A stretch of DNA of 64,000 nucleotides from an uncultured delta proteobacterium (GTDB lineage: Bacteria > Desulfobacterota > Binatia > Binatales > Binataceae). The stretch covers positions 65,243 to 129,242 of the forward strand of contig CAWHNS010000011.1 in NCBI GenBank assembly GCA_963830715.1, read 5' to 3'. The notes beneath the pieces were generated by a model. That model ran no database searches. It saw nothing but the letters and a program-made list of their open reading frames with translations, and was not told where the DNA came from. Positions within the stretch are counted from its first letter, which is position 1; every line of letters starts with the position of its first letter. The position numbers and the translations under genes were made by a program. This document shows positions 21,128-31,063 of this stretch, piece after piece.

Positions 21128-21982
21128 TCAGATCGACGTCAATGGACCGATTCCTGGTGCGCGACCGGAGGGTCTGCCGACCATATACAGACGTAGCGGC
21201 TCGAAATGATTCTCGGCGGTGAATGGCGCACGAAAGCGGTTTCCGCAGAGGTCCTGGCGCACAAAGAATGCGTTGACACCCGCGAAACAGCATCCCACCA
21301 GATTATAGCCCTTGCGCGTCCCCAGCTTTTCCAACGCTTTGAGGCTGGCTCCGTAGTACCCGTCCCCCCGCCATGCATGTGCGCTGTTGTAACTCATCGT
21401 GACTGACAGCGGCGGACGCCAGAGTGCGTTGTACTCTATCACCACCACTCGCGGCCGGCGTGCCGACAATGCTTCCCATATCCAGTAGTCATTGCCGTCT
21501 ATGTCGATGCTCAAAAGGTCCGGCTCGCTGAACGGGACCGATTGCTCCAGTAGATCATTCACGTTGGCGGCTGTCACCGCAGCCTGTTTTACCAGAAGCC
21601 GTTTCTCGGTTTCGATGAACAGCCGCAGGTTTTCGCGGATCTGATCCACGGATCCGGGGTCTTTCTCCATCCAGAGGCCGTTCCATCCCGCAACCAGCAA
21701 GTTGAGCGCGTTTGATTCGAGTCCATTGCCGACCCCGAACTCGACAAAGCTTCGATTACTGGCACCGATCCGCTCGAAAATCTGCTCGATTATTCCATCC
21801 TCGTCGTTCTGCGAGTAAGCGCGGTAACCGAACTTGAGCAATCGCAAATCGTCACTGTAGCGCTCAATCCGCATCGCGCGTTCCCAGTACTCCGCGCAGT
21901 TGAGATCGCGGATACGGGACAGGTCGCGGGTGGCCTCGTCCAGACGCCGCACGAATCGTCGCAGATGATTGATTCCGAACAT
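21128..21982 (-). CDS. Putative methyltransferase (FkbM-like)
   Basis: 284 aa with YSQNDEDGIIEQIF...FVEFGVGNG...LLSIDIDGNDYW, a pattern I associate with FkbM-type MTases in glycan loci. The family assignment is tentative. Confidence 0.5.
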   Translation of the reverse strand: MFGINHLRRFVRRLDEATRDLSRIRDLNCAEYWERAMRIERYSDDLRLLKFGYRAYSQNDEDGIIEQIFERIGASNRSFVEFGVGNGLESNALNLLVAGWNGLWMEKDPGSVDQIRENLRLFIETEKRLLVKQAAVTAANVNDLLEQSVPFSEPDLLSIDIDGNDYWIWEALSARRPRVVVIEYNALWRPPLSVTMSYNSAHAWRGDGYYGASLKALEKLGTRKGYNLVGCCFAGVNAFFVRQDLCGNRFRAPFTAENHFEPLRLYMVGRPSGRAPGIGPLTSI

Positions 21983-22023
21983 CAGTTTCGCAAATTCGCT
22001 TCCGCGTCAGACGAAACACGATC

Positions 22024-22833
22024 ATGGACCAAGGCCCTGAAGCTTGCCATACTTCGGGCGCGATGGCGGCCAAAGAAGCGGAGCGGTCCGGGTCGATGGC
22101 GCCGGCGGATTATCGCGAACGGATCTACCGGAGCTTCGTGAGCGTGGGACGCCTGGAGTCTCCGGTATCGGTGCTGGATTTCGAGCCGCTGCGCCCATAT
22201 CTCACGCGGCTTATCCGCCGTCACTTCCCGGCAGACAGGCAGGCCTCGATCCTCGAACTTGGATGCGGCCATGGAGCCTTGATTTACTTTGCAACCCAGG
22301 CCGGATACCAAAACATGGAAGGCATTGATACGTCGCCGGAGCAGGTTGCTTGCGCCGCAAGGCTCGGGATTGCGGGCGTTCGCCTGGGTGACGCGATGCA
22401 AACGCTTGCCGCTGCGCCCGACGGTTCCAGGGACGTAATCGTCTGCTACGACCTGATAGAGCATCTGGTCAAACCCGAGTTGATCGATTTTGCCGACAGC
22501 GCCCACCGGGTGCTCAGGCGAGGCGGAACATTGATACTGCACACCGTGAACGCAGAGTCACCCTTCGGCTCGCGAATCCGGTACGGGGACTTCACCCACG
22601 AATTGGCGTTCACGCGCCAATCGATCGGCCAGCTTCTGCTCTCAGCGGGCTTCCGCGACGTGCGCTGCTTCGAGCACGATCCGGTGGTCCACGGAATCAA
22701 GAGTGCCGTGCGCTGGACTCTATGGAAGGCGATACGTTGCGGGCTGCTGCTCTGGCTGGCGGCCGAAACCGGAGAATTGACGCGAAGCCCCATCCTGACC
22801 CAGGCGTTCCTGGCCGTCGCGACGCGGGGCTAG
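22024..22833 (+). CDS. Class I SAM-dependent methyltransferase
   Basis: Motif I ILELGCGHGALIYF and post-motif VIVCYDLIEHL. It is the only plus-strand gene inside the EPS string. The start may be a later ATG. Confidence 0.8.
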   Translation: MDQGPEACHTSGAMAAKEAERSGSMAPADYRERIYRSFVSVGRLESPVSVLDFEPLRPYLTRLIRRHFPADRQASILELGCGHGALIYFATQAGYQNMEGIDTSPEQVACAARLGIAGVRLGDAMQTLAAAPDGSRDVIVCYDLIEHLVKPELIDFADSAHRVLRRGGTLILHTVNAESPFGSRIRYGDFTHELAFTRQSIGQLLLSAGFRDVRCFEHDPVVHGIKSAVRWTLWKAIRCGLLLWLAAETGELTRSPILTQAFLAVATRG

Positions 22834-22864
22834 CAAGCGGAACTGTTTCCCGCTGGAAGTTCTG

Positions 22865-23920
22865 TCACGCGAAGGTCAATAGCTGCGACTCGCGATAGGG
22901 CTTGATCACCCTGTCGTTCAAGAGCAGCCCGAGTATGAAGAATCCCGGAGTAAGCAAGGCGACGATCGCGCAATCGATCAGCGTCCACGGCTGATCACGC
23001 ACTGCCGGGACGTAGGCCGGCTGAACGACTACGAAGGCGAAATCGGACTGCACCTGGGCGGTGGCTTCGGCCTGCATCTGCATCGCGATTAACTGATCGA
23101 GCTGCGCGAGCAGCAGGCTGTCCGAGGTGCTCATGGCCTGGTCTTCCATTGATTTGATTGCTGCGCTAGCGACGCTTACCGCGCGCAATCGAAGCAATTC
23201 CCTGAGGCTGTCGATGTAGAACTGCAGAACCTTGGTCGCCATTCGCGGATCGGGATCAAGGAAACTCACGTCCATGTTGCCGAGTTTGTCGTCATACGAG
23301 ACGTTGAACAGGTCGCCCATCCTGTCATACAGCTTCCATCGAGCGTACGGGTCGAAGCCCATCGCGACCTCGATGGAGCGAAAGAGGATTTTGAAACGCT
23401 CGACCACCGATGACGACGGCCGGGCCTTCCGCGGCAGGATCCGATCGGCCAGGTGCAGCCGGTCGATGACGCTCATGGTGAAGCCGTAGCTGGTGAGGAT
23501 GGCCATCTCTTCCTCGGCATCCCAGGCCGAGGAGCCTATGCCGAGCGACGATCCGATCGAGCTGGCGACACTGCTCAGTCCCGTGACACCGAGAATGCCG
23601 CCGTTGTAGGTGGGACCCTCCTGCGAAGCGGGCCGCAAAGTCGCATCGGCGCGATACCATCGGGTCATCATGAACTGGGTGAACAGGAAGCTGGCGGTCA
23701 CGGTGGCCGCCGTTGCAGCCAGCATCCATCGCCACCACGGCCGGACCAGCAACAGAAGATCGAACAAGTCGATCCCTTCGCGACGAGCTGATTCGCTCTG
23801 ATCGGAGGGCGCCCACGACCGGGTGCGCCCCCGCCGCTGACCGGTGCCGGGTTTGTCCACTTTAGGGTTTGCTCGCTCCCAGGGTGAGAGCGCGGCCGAT
23901 TCCCTCAATGCTGGGTTCAA
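22865..23920 (-). CDS. PCP/Wzz-like membrane protein, paralog 2
   Basis: 351 aa, colinear with paralog 1 (TRWYRA..RPASQEGPTY.GGILGVTGL...LLLAQLDQLIA...QSDFAFV..QPAYVP.VRDQPW). The track start overlaps the upstream gene. GTG 23860, 1 nt after the upstream TAA, is a likely true start. Confidence 0.6.
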   Translation of the reverse strand: MNPALRESAALSPWERANPKVDKPGTGQRRGRTRSWAPSDQSESARREGIDLFDLLLLVRPWWRWMLAATAATVTASFLFTQFMMTRWYRADATLRPASQEGPTYNGGILGVTGLSSVASSIGSSLGIGSSAWDAEEEMAILTSYGFTMSVIDRLHLADRILPRKARPSSSVVERFKILFRSIEVAMGFDPYARWKLYDRMGDLFNVSYDDKLGNMDVSFLDPDPRMATKVLQFYIDSLRELLRLRAVSVASAAIKSMEDQAMSTSDSLLLAQLDQLIAMQMQAEATAQVQSDFAFVVVQPAYVPAVRDQPWTLIDCAIVALLTPGFFILGLLLNDRVIKPYRESQLLTFA

Positions 23921-25634
23921 AGTCAGCCGAGATCAAGAGCATCGCGCGCACCGTGTCCGCACCCCGCACGAAGTTCATTTTGTTGACGTACTCGACCGCA
24001 CCCCGCACGTGAATTCCGAACAGGCCTCCATCCAGGCGCGCCAGAGGTTCCGGCAGCCGGAGCAGGTCCAGATAGAACCCCACGCTTCTTTCCTTATCGA
24101 TATTGATGGGATGCGGCCCGAACGACCGCGGCGAGCGCTCGGTGGCAAACAGATCGAAAGTGAGCTTGTCCTGGAACTTGAACCAGCGGCCGACGTTCAA
24201 GTCTATCTCCGAACCGTTGTTTCCTATCGGATCGCCCATGAGGCGATCCTTGTAAGTCCAGTATAGCGAGTCCGAGTGAATTGAGTAATCGGGACTAAGT
24301 ATTCGATACTCGAAGCCGGCGGTAGTCAGCCCGTCAGATGTAAGCCGGGGCACGTTGACTCCCCCCTGCCACGAAATCGCTTTGAACGGCAGTCCTCCGC
24401 CAATCAGCGGTACTTCCTTGCTCAGGTTGTCCTCGCCGAGCAGTTCCTGGTAGAAAAAAGTGTTTCTGAGCCGCGGGATGCTGAACCTGAAGAACAGTCC
24501 CCCGCGCGAGTTGGTATTGCCCGTCGCGGCAGTCTGCGTATCGAATCCGGTGGCGCGCCCGAGAAATCCCGCCACGCTATACTGATCGTTGCCTCGGCCC
24601 CCGAACATGATTGCGTGGTCGAGGCCCAATTCGACGTTGGGCAGTATCTTCCAGCCGAACACCTGCCCCGAGATCCACGGACGCGAATACTGGCGTCCGT
24701 GGTCGAGCTGTCCGAAGAAGGCTTGACCCTCGAACGGCCCAAGATATTCCAGCCAACCCGGCAGGTAGGTGGGATGGATGTTTTGCAGGCGCAACGCCGG
24801 AAACGGCTGCGCGTTGTTGCTCTGCGAAAGGTACGCCGCATGGCCGACGCCCGAGGCCATCTCCGCCTCGCCGAAAGAAAGCGCGGCGTTGCCGAGACTG
24901 GCCACCACTTCCCCTCGCAACAACCGAAAGCGACCGGTATCGGCCGGCCCGCGCGTGATCGGTCCGGCCATTGCGCCCTCGCCGTACGCCGTCAGGAACG
25001 AGTGGAAGCCGCCCCAGGCCGACCAGCGCGCGATCTCGTTGCTGCCCGGCGCGGTCGGCAAATCGTCGTTGTTGGGCAGCAGCGGTGTGGCCTCCTGCGC
25101 CTGGATCTCCTCGCCCGCGTCATGATTGATCGACGCGCGGCCCGGACCGCGGGAGTAAACGTACTGAGCTTCCAGCCGTTCGATCGGATGGAGCATCGTC
25201 GGAAGGTTGTCCTCCTGGTTATGCTCCAGCCATCCGACTTCTTCCCTAAGCTGGAGGCGCAACGATTTTATCAACTGGCGCGCCATCGGACCGAAGGTGT
25301 CGAGCGAGCTGGCCTCGCTTTCGCTGCGGTCCAGCAACCGTTCGGCTTCGAGCGTGAGCCGCGCCGCCTCGATCCGGCTGATGGGCTTGATCTCGCTCAC
25401 GTGCTTCTCGATTATGCCGAACTCCTCGAGCGTATCGAGTTCGGTATAGATGGGGCTGTCGAGAGGGATATAAACGACGTAGGTGGATGCGCTGACGGGA
25501 ATCGCAAGCCACAGACAGAAGCCCATCAAGCCGGCGGCGAGGCCAGCCGATCGAATCCCCCCTGCTGTGGCCAGCCCGACGTGATTGCGCGCGCCCGCGC
25601 CATCGCGCGGGCCGATATCAGGCCGCGACACCAT
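23862..25634 (-). CDS. wzi: Wzi-like capsule-assembly outer-membrane protein, paralog 1
   Basis: 590 aa with a signal peptide ending AIPVSA|S. N-terminal YVVYIPLDSPIYTELDTLEEFGII...IKPISRIEAARL motif of the Caps_assemb_Wzi family, followed by a beta-rich remainder. Confidence 0.7.
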   Translation of the reverse strand: MVSRPDIGPRDGAGARNHVGLATAGGIRSAGLAAGLMGFCLWLAIPVSASTYVVYIPLDSPIYTELDTLEEFGIIEKHVSEIKPISRIEAARLTLEAERLLDRSESEASSLDTFGPMARQLIKSLRLQLREEVGWLEHNQEDNLPTMLHPIERLEAQYVYSRGPGRASINHDAGEEIQAQEATPLLPNNDDLPTAPGSNEIARWSAWGGFHSFLTAYGEGAMAGPITRGPADTGRFRLLRGEVVASLGNAALSFGEAEMASGVGHAAYLSQSNNAQPFPALRLQNIHPTYLPGWLEYLGPFEGQAFFGQLDHGRQYSRPWISGQVFGWKILPNVELGLDHAIMFGGRGNDQYSVAGFLGRATGFDTQTAATGNTNSRGGLFFRFSIPRLRNTFFYQELLGEDNLSKEVPLIGGGLPFKAISWQGGVNVPRLTSDGLTTAGFEYRILSPDYSIHSDSLYWTYKDRLMGDPIGNNGSEIDLNVGRWFKFQDKLTFDLFATERSPRSFGPHPINIDKERSVGFYLDLLRLPEPLARLDGGLFGIHVRGAVEYVNKMNFVRGADTVRAMLLISADFEPSIEGIGRALTLGASKP

Positions 25635-25646
25635 CCATGCGCTCGG

Positions 25647-28600
25647 CTAGAGCTTGGTCCCGAGCAACGCGATAACGGCCAGCGCCTGTGCGCTGTTCGC
25701 GAATATCGAACTCACATCGACTGCGTACTGCAGGTTGATGTACGACTGGATGTCCTGCGGCACGTAGACCGTGTCGCCCGGTTCGAGCGCCGCATCCATC
25801 AGACCGCCGGTAACTACCGACATGAAGGGGAAAGTATGAGACTCGCTCAATCCCTGGCTGGTCACCACGGCGCCATCGGCCTTGATAATCATAACGTGCT
25901 TCTTGTCGGAGAACGGCGTGTAGCCGCCGGCCCGGTCCAGGTAATCCTGAACAGTCAGGGCGTTTTGCGCGATGATCGAAGTCGGCTGGTAAACCTCGCC
26001 AAGCACGTTGACCGACGAGGGCATCTTGGGAACCGCGATGTAATCCTGATCCTGCACCAGCAGGTCGTCTGAGGACCCGGTGAGCACATCGAGCGCCTTC
26101 TTGGGCGACGACGACATGTGAACCACTACCCGGCCGACCGCCTGCTGGTTTTGGAACTGGCCCAGCATGGTCTCCAGCCCGGCGAGCGCGGCCGAACTAT
26201 CCGAAGCTCCGCCGGAAGTGGAGGTGGAGCCCTTCGCCACCAACGGACTGATCAGTGCGAACTGGGCGATACTCTGCGAGAGTTGCGCCGTGGCGGTGTT
26301 GAGCTGCTGCTGCTCCAACAGCTTGGTGGTGGCGCGCGTGAACACGATTCCGCGCGGGAATGCATCTGCGCGGAACCCTCCGCATTCGTGCAGGAGCGCG
26401 CTCAGGCGCTCGCCCTCGCTGATTACGTAAAGGCCGGGGCGCATCACCTCGCCCCCGACGCTGACGACCCACGGCAGATGCCAGTTGCTCGCGACTGCCA
26501 CGAATACCTGGTCGTTCCTCTGCAGAATCGGGTCATCCTCGCGGCTTCCGCTCAATGCTTTCTGGAGGTTGACATCGATGTAGTAGTAGCGGGCGTGCGC
26601 GCCGTTCGACGACTTCTGTGCGTATCAGCCGAATCTTCTCCCGGTACGCGTCGTCCTTGAGACCGCCCGCCATGTAGATCAGGTCGCTGACCCGGGTGTC
26701 CAGATTGAGCGGATACTGCCCTGGCTGGCGAATCTCGCCCTGGATCTGGACCGTCGCCAGGTCGCGCAGGTTGTCTTCGTTGAAGATGTCGAGTTCGTCC
26801 TTGTCGTACAGCAGAGCGTCATCCGGTCCGCCCGGATGGTTCAGTGCGGCCTCGAGATCCACCGAGATGTTGCGCTGGCGCAGCGAAGGCTCTTGCAGTC
26901 TCTTGATCAGCGCGTACCCGAAGAAGGTATGGTAGTTGACGCCCTCGCCGAGCTGGACCAGATCCGAGACCCGTAGCCCGTGGCGCCACTGGAATTCGCC
27001 CGGACGACGCACGTTGCCCGTCAACTCGACCACGGCGCGGTGCTCGGGCAGGACGTGATAAACGCGCAACAGGTCCCCGTCGTGAATCAGGACGTGTTTC
27101 GAGTCGAGCTGCGACATGGCTACGTCAACCGCCACCATGCGGCGATGGTTATCGACTCTCAGAATTTGCGCGCGCTCGGTGTTGCTGAACGGGCCGACCC
27201 CGCCGGCAAGTTTCAGCGCTTGCCGAACAGTGCCCGTGGTTCCCGGCAGCTCGTAGATGGCGGGGCGGTTCACGTCGCCCACGACGCCCACCACTGATCC
27301 GACCACCGGGACGAAAATCACGTCGTTGTTCTCGACCCGAACGTCTCCGGCGTCATCACCCCGCATCAGCATGTCGTAAAAGTCGATTACCTGGATGATC
27401 TGGTTGTTGCGGCGCAGTTGCACCCTGCGCAAGCTTCCGATCTTCTGCGGCCCGCCTGCCGCGACCAGCGCCGCCGACACTCTGGACAAGCCGCTTACGG
27501 TGTACGTTCCGGGCTGGTTTACCGCGCCGATCACGTAGAGCTGCACTGTCCTCAGCTGCCCCATCGTGACCTGAATCATCGTGCCTTTGATCAGGCTGAC
27601 GCGCTCATCGATGAGCTTCTTGGCCGTGGCGAAGGTCAAGCCGCCGATCTGCAGAGGTTCGACGTTGGGAATCTCTATCTGGCCATTGCGATCGACCTGG
27701 AGAGTCAAGGTCTGATTGATGCGCCCCCAGAAGTAGAGAATTAACTGGTCGCCGGGTCCGATGACGTAGTCATCTCCCACCGGCACGTTGCCGACCGGCG
27801 CGAAGGTCGAGACCGCGGTCAGGAACACCGAATCAGCCGAACTGGCCCAGCGGCTGATTAATCGGACTCGGCGTGGTCGGCGTCATCCCGAGATCGACCT
27901 GGTTGAATCCTTGCTCGATCGGGCTTGGCTGCTGGCTGGCCATGTATCCCGGAGACATCTGTCCCGGCTGCGATTGAGCGCCCGGCTGCGAGACGCCCGG
28001 CTGCGGCGGCAGGCTCGTTTGCATCGAGGGTTGCATCCCCTGGGGGATCTGCGGCGTTATTCCCTGCGCGCACGAGAAGGCCTGTGCAAGAAGCTGCGGG
28101 TTACTTACCCCGGCCGCTTGCGCCATGGCTTGAATCTGTCCCTGGCTGATCCCGCTGGCGGCCAGACGCGCACACAGTTTCTGGACCTGATCCTGAGACA
28201 CGACGCCGGTCGAAATCTGGCCGAGCAAATTCTGCGCGTCTTCGGGCGAGACTCCAAGCTGCCCAAGGAAGGTGCTGATCAGCTGCGGGCTGAGCTGACT
28301 CAGCGCACCCGCTATGCCTCCGAGCGGCAACCCGCCCGGCGCAAGGGCAGTGGCCGCGCTCTGCGATCCGTTCTGCGATCCCATCGGACCAAGCGGCATC
28401 GCCGTTCCCGGCGCGAGCGGGACCATCGGCGTAGCGCCCATCATTCCGGGCGCCATCGGCGCAGCGCCCATCATTCCGGGCGACTGGTACTGATACGGAC
28501 TGGTCATCGATCCGGGAGCACTTGGGTAGCTTGGATAACCAGGATTGGCCGGGTAGGGCGAGTAGCCGGAGGGAGGCTGCGAGGTTGGGTATCCGGGCGC

Positions 28601-28984
28601 GCCGGGCGCCATCGATGGCGGCGCGGAATAAGCGGGATTCGGTGGCATCGATCCGGGTGCGCCTTGCGTTTGGTACATCCCGGGCTGCGAGGGCGGGGCT
28701 CCGTAGGCGCCCTGCGGCGGCGCCCCGTTAGGCGAAGCGCCATAGCTGGATGGCGGAGTACCGTAGTTATATTGCTGGTTCGGAGGGAACTGAGACTGGA
28801 CGGGAGATCCGTACGGCTGAGTGGGATAGCCGAATTGCCCACCGTTGAGCGTCGTGCTGCTGCCGTTGACGAGCTGCGCGCGCGCGGTTTCGCATACGCA
28901 AAGCAGCGCGCAGATCGCGATCGCACACGGCAGAGCGCCGGACACTGATATCGAACCCGGGAAAACCAACTTTGAGAACTTCAT
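25647..28984 (-). CDS. wza: Giant Wza-like polysaccharide export protein (signal peptide, uncharged low-complexity region, Q-rich region, Poly_export plus multiple SLBB-like units), split by two frameshifts
   Basis: Three colinear track ORFs: 27833..29287, 26533..27828 and 25647..26555. Start ATG 28984 (GGAG SD; MKFSKLVF...CETARA). Junction 1 is PLGQFG|DSVFLTAVSTF at 27833-27836. Motif DYVIGPGDQLILYFWG. Junction 2 lies near 26600-26628 (...REKIRLI / KSSNGAHARYYYIDVNLQ). Confidence 0.8.
28424..28483 (-). repeat. Tandem 30-bp coding repeat (2 copies, 2 mismatches) inside the exporter low-complexity region
   Basis: 28424-28453 and 28454-28483 (catcggcg[t/c]agcgcccatcattccgggcg[c/a]) encode PGMMGAAPMA / PGMMGATPMV. 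Confidence 0.9.
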
Positions 28985-29353
28985 GCCTGTCTCCGCCCCT
29001 ATTTGTCTCAGCCCCTGTGGGGATCTTGAATCGCTCGAGCCGAATCGATCTCTACGACGGGAATCTTCGTTCCGGGCCTTTTCGATGCGACCGGCAGGAT
29101 GAGCAAAGCATCGCCCGCGTCCGCCGTTCTGTGAACAGGCCTCCGGGTCGCAGATTCCTGCCTCCGCCGCTGGATCGTTACGGCTGCATGACAGCTTCGC
29201 CGCGAAATCAAAAGCGTTTCGCGGCAGCCTGAAAACATCGCAGGAATGTCCATTGAAATCAAGGTCGAAGATTTCTGCCTCCGTCACCGATCATTGCCGC
29301 TGCCTGAGCGACTTCCCGGCGCGGTGGGGACTTGCGCTCGCGCGCCCGCTCGA

Positions 29354-29362
29354 TGGTATAGT
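29354..29362 (+). promoter_or_regulatory. Extended -10-like element (TGgTATAGT) upstream of wzi paralog 2
   Basis: tggtatagt at 29354-29362 sits 12 nt before ATG 29375, implying a very short or absent leader. The only -35-like element I see (ttgcgc) is about 19 nt upstream. Confidence 0.3.
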
Positions 29363-29374
29363 CGCCTGCAAATA

Positions 29375-31050
29375 ATGGGGTTCGCGCGCAAAGTCCTGCT
29401 GCTGGCGGCGCTCGGAGCATGGTGGTGCATCGCTTCGGCGGCGCCGGCGGGCGCCTCGACCTACGTCGTATACATCCCGCTCGATAGCCCGATATACGAC
29501 GAACTCGATACGCTGAATGGCCTGGGTTTGCTCGACAGCTATCTGTCCGAGATCAAGCCGATTAGCCGAATCGAGGCGGCTCGGCTGACTATCGAGGCCG
29601 CCGGAAACTTGCCCTCATCGGAAAAGAACAACGCGCTCGCCCGATCGGTACTCGACGCGCTGCGTTCCGAATTGAGAGAAGAGATCGGGTGGCTCGACAA
29701 CAACGCTGAAGATGGACAACCGACCATGGTTCATCCGCTGCAGCGCGTCGAAGCCCAGTACATCTTTTCGCGCGGCGAGCAGCGCTTCTGGGACACCGGC
29801 GGTACCGGAGGCCTTCACGCGCAAGAAGGCACACCGCTACTGCCGAACAACGACGGGATCCCGACCGGGGCGGGAAGCAACGAGGTGCTGCGAGCGAGCG
29901 GGTGGGGCGGCTTGGCGGGATTCCTGACCACATATGGAGAGGCCGCGGTCACCGGCCCGGTCACGCATTCGCTTTCCAATGCGGAGAGGCTCCGGCTCCT
30001 GGGCGGCGAAGCGGTCGTCAGCGCGGGCAACTTCGCGCTCTCCTTCGGGCAGGAGGAAATGGCCTGGGGGACCGGTCATTTCGCCAGCCTGTCGCAGGGA
30101 AATAACGCAGCCCCGTTTCCTGCGCTGAGGGCCCAGAACATCCATCCGACCCTGCTGCCCGGCATCCTTCGCTACCTGGGTCAATTCCGTTACCAGATTT
30201 TCTTTGGGCAACTCGACAGCGATCGGTATTTCGCTCATCCGTGGATCGACGGCCAGATCTTCAGTTTCAAACCGCTGCCGACTTTCGAATTCGGCCTTAC
30301 TCACACAATTGATTTCGGCGGCCGCCACAATGATTTCTATTCTCCGCTTGGCTTTCTGGGACGCGCCACCGCCTTTTCGACCGGATCGGTTTCCGCAGGC
30401 AATACGCACCAGCGTGGCGGCGTATATCTGAGATTCTTCATCCCCAGCCTTAGAAATGTTCAGGTGTACCAGGAGATCGTCGGGAACGACAATCTGACTG
30501 CCGAAGTTAGCCCGGTCGGCCGATTCCTCCCGTTCCTTTCTGTTTCCTACCAGGGCGGCTTCTATCTTCCGCGACTGACCGCAGATGGCCGCACCGATCT
30601 GCGCTTCGAATATGCCTTGCTCGAACCGAACGACCAGCAGCATAGCGACTCGTTGTATTGGACGTACAACGGCTGGCTGATGGGCGACGGGCTCGGCCCA
30701 ATTCCACAGAGGTCAACGTGCAGATCGGCCGATGGTTTCGCGGCCTCACCAAGGCCAGTGTCGATGTCTTTTACACCGAACGCGCGCCCAAGTTTGATAC
30801 CAACACCCAATATCCAGCCGCAACCTACGGCGGCGCGCTCACCAAGGAGCGCAGCGGAGGGGTGGCTTTCGACCTTCTGCGCCTCCCGCAGAGTACTCAA
30901 TGGATTAGCAATATATTACTCGATGGCCGCGCTCGAATTGCATTTGAGTACGTCGATCACCTGAACTACGGCGGGCCCGGCGAATTTCGGGCCCTGGTGA
31001 TGCTCTCGACCAGCCTGACCCCGACCTGGTCGAGTCTCGCGTGGCGCTAG
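29375..31050 (+). CDS. wzi: Wzi-like capsule-assembly outer-membrane protein, paralog 2, split by a 1-nt frameshift
   Basis: Start ATG 29375 (MGFARKVLLLAALGAWWCIASAAPAGA|S). YVVYIPLDSPIYDELDTLNGLGLL motif. Track ORFs 29246..30964 and 30658..31050 join at LMGDGLGP|NSTEVNVQIGRWF at a C3 run (30697-30699), matching paralog 1 (LMGDPIGNNGSEIDLNVGRWF). Confidence 0.7.
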
Positions 31051-31063
31051 GGCATCGAAGCGG

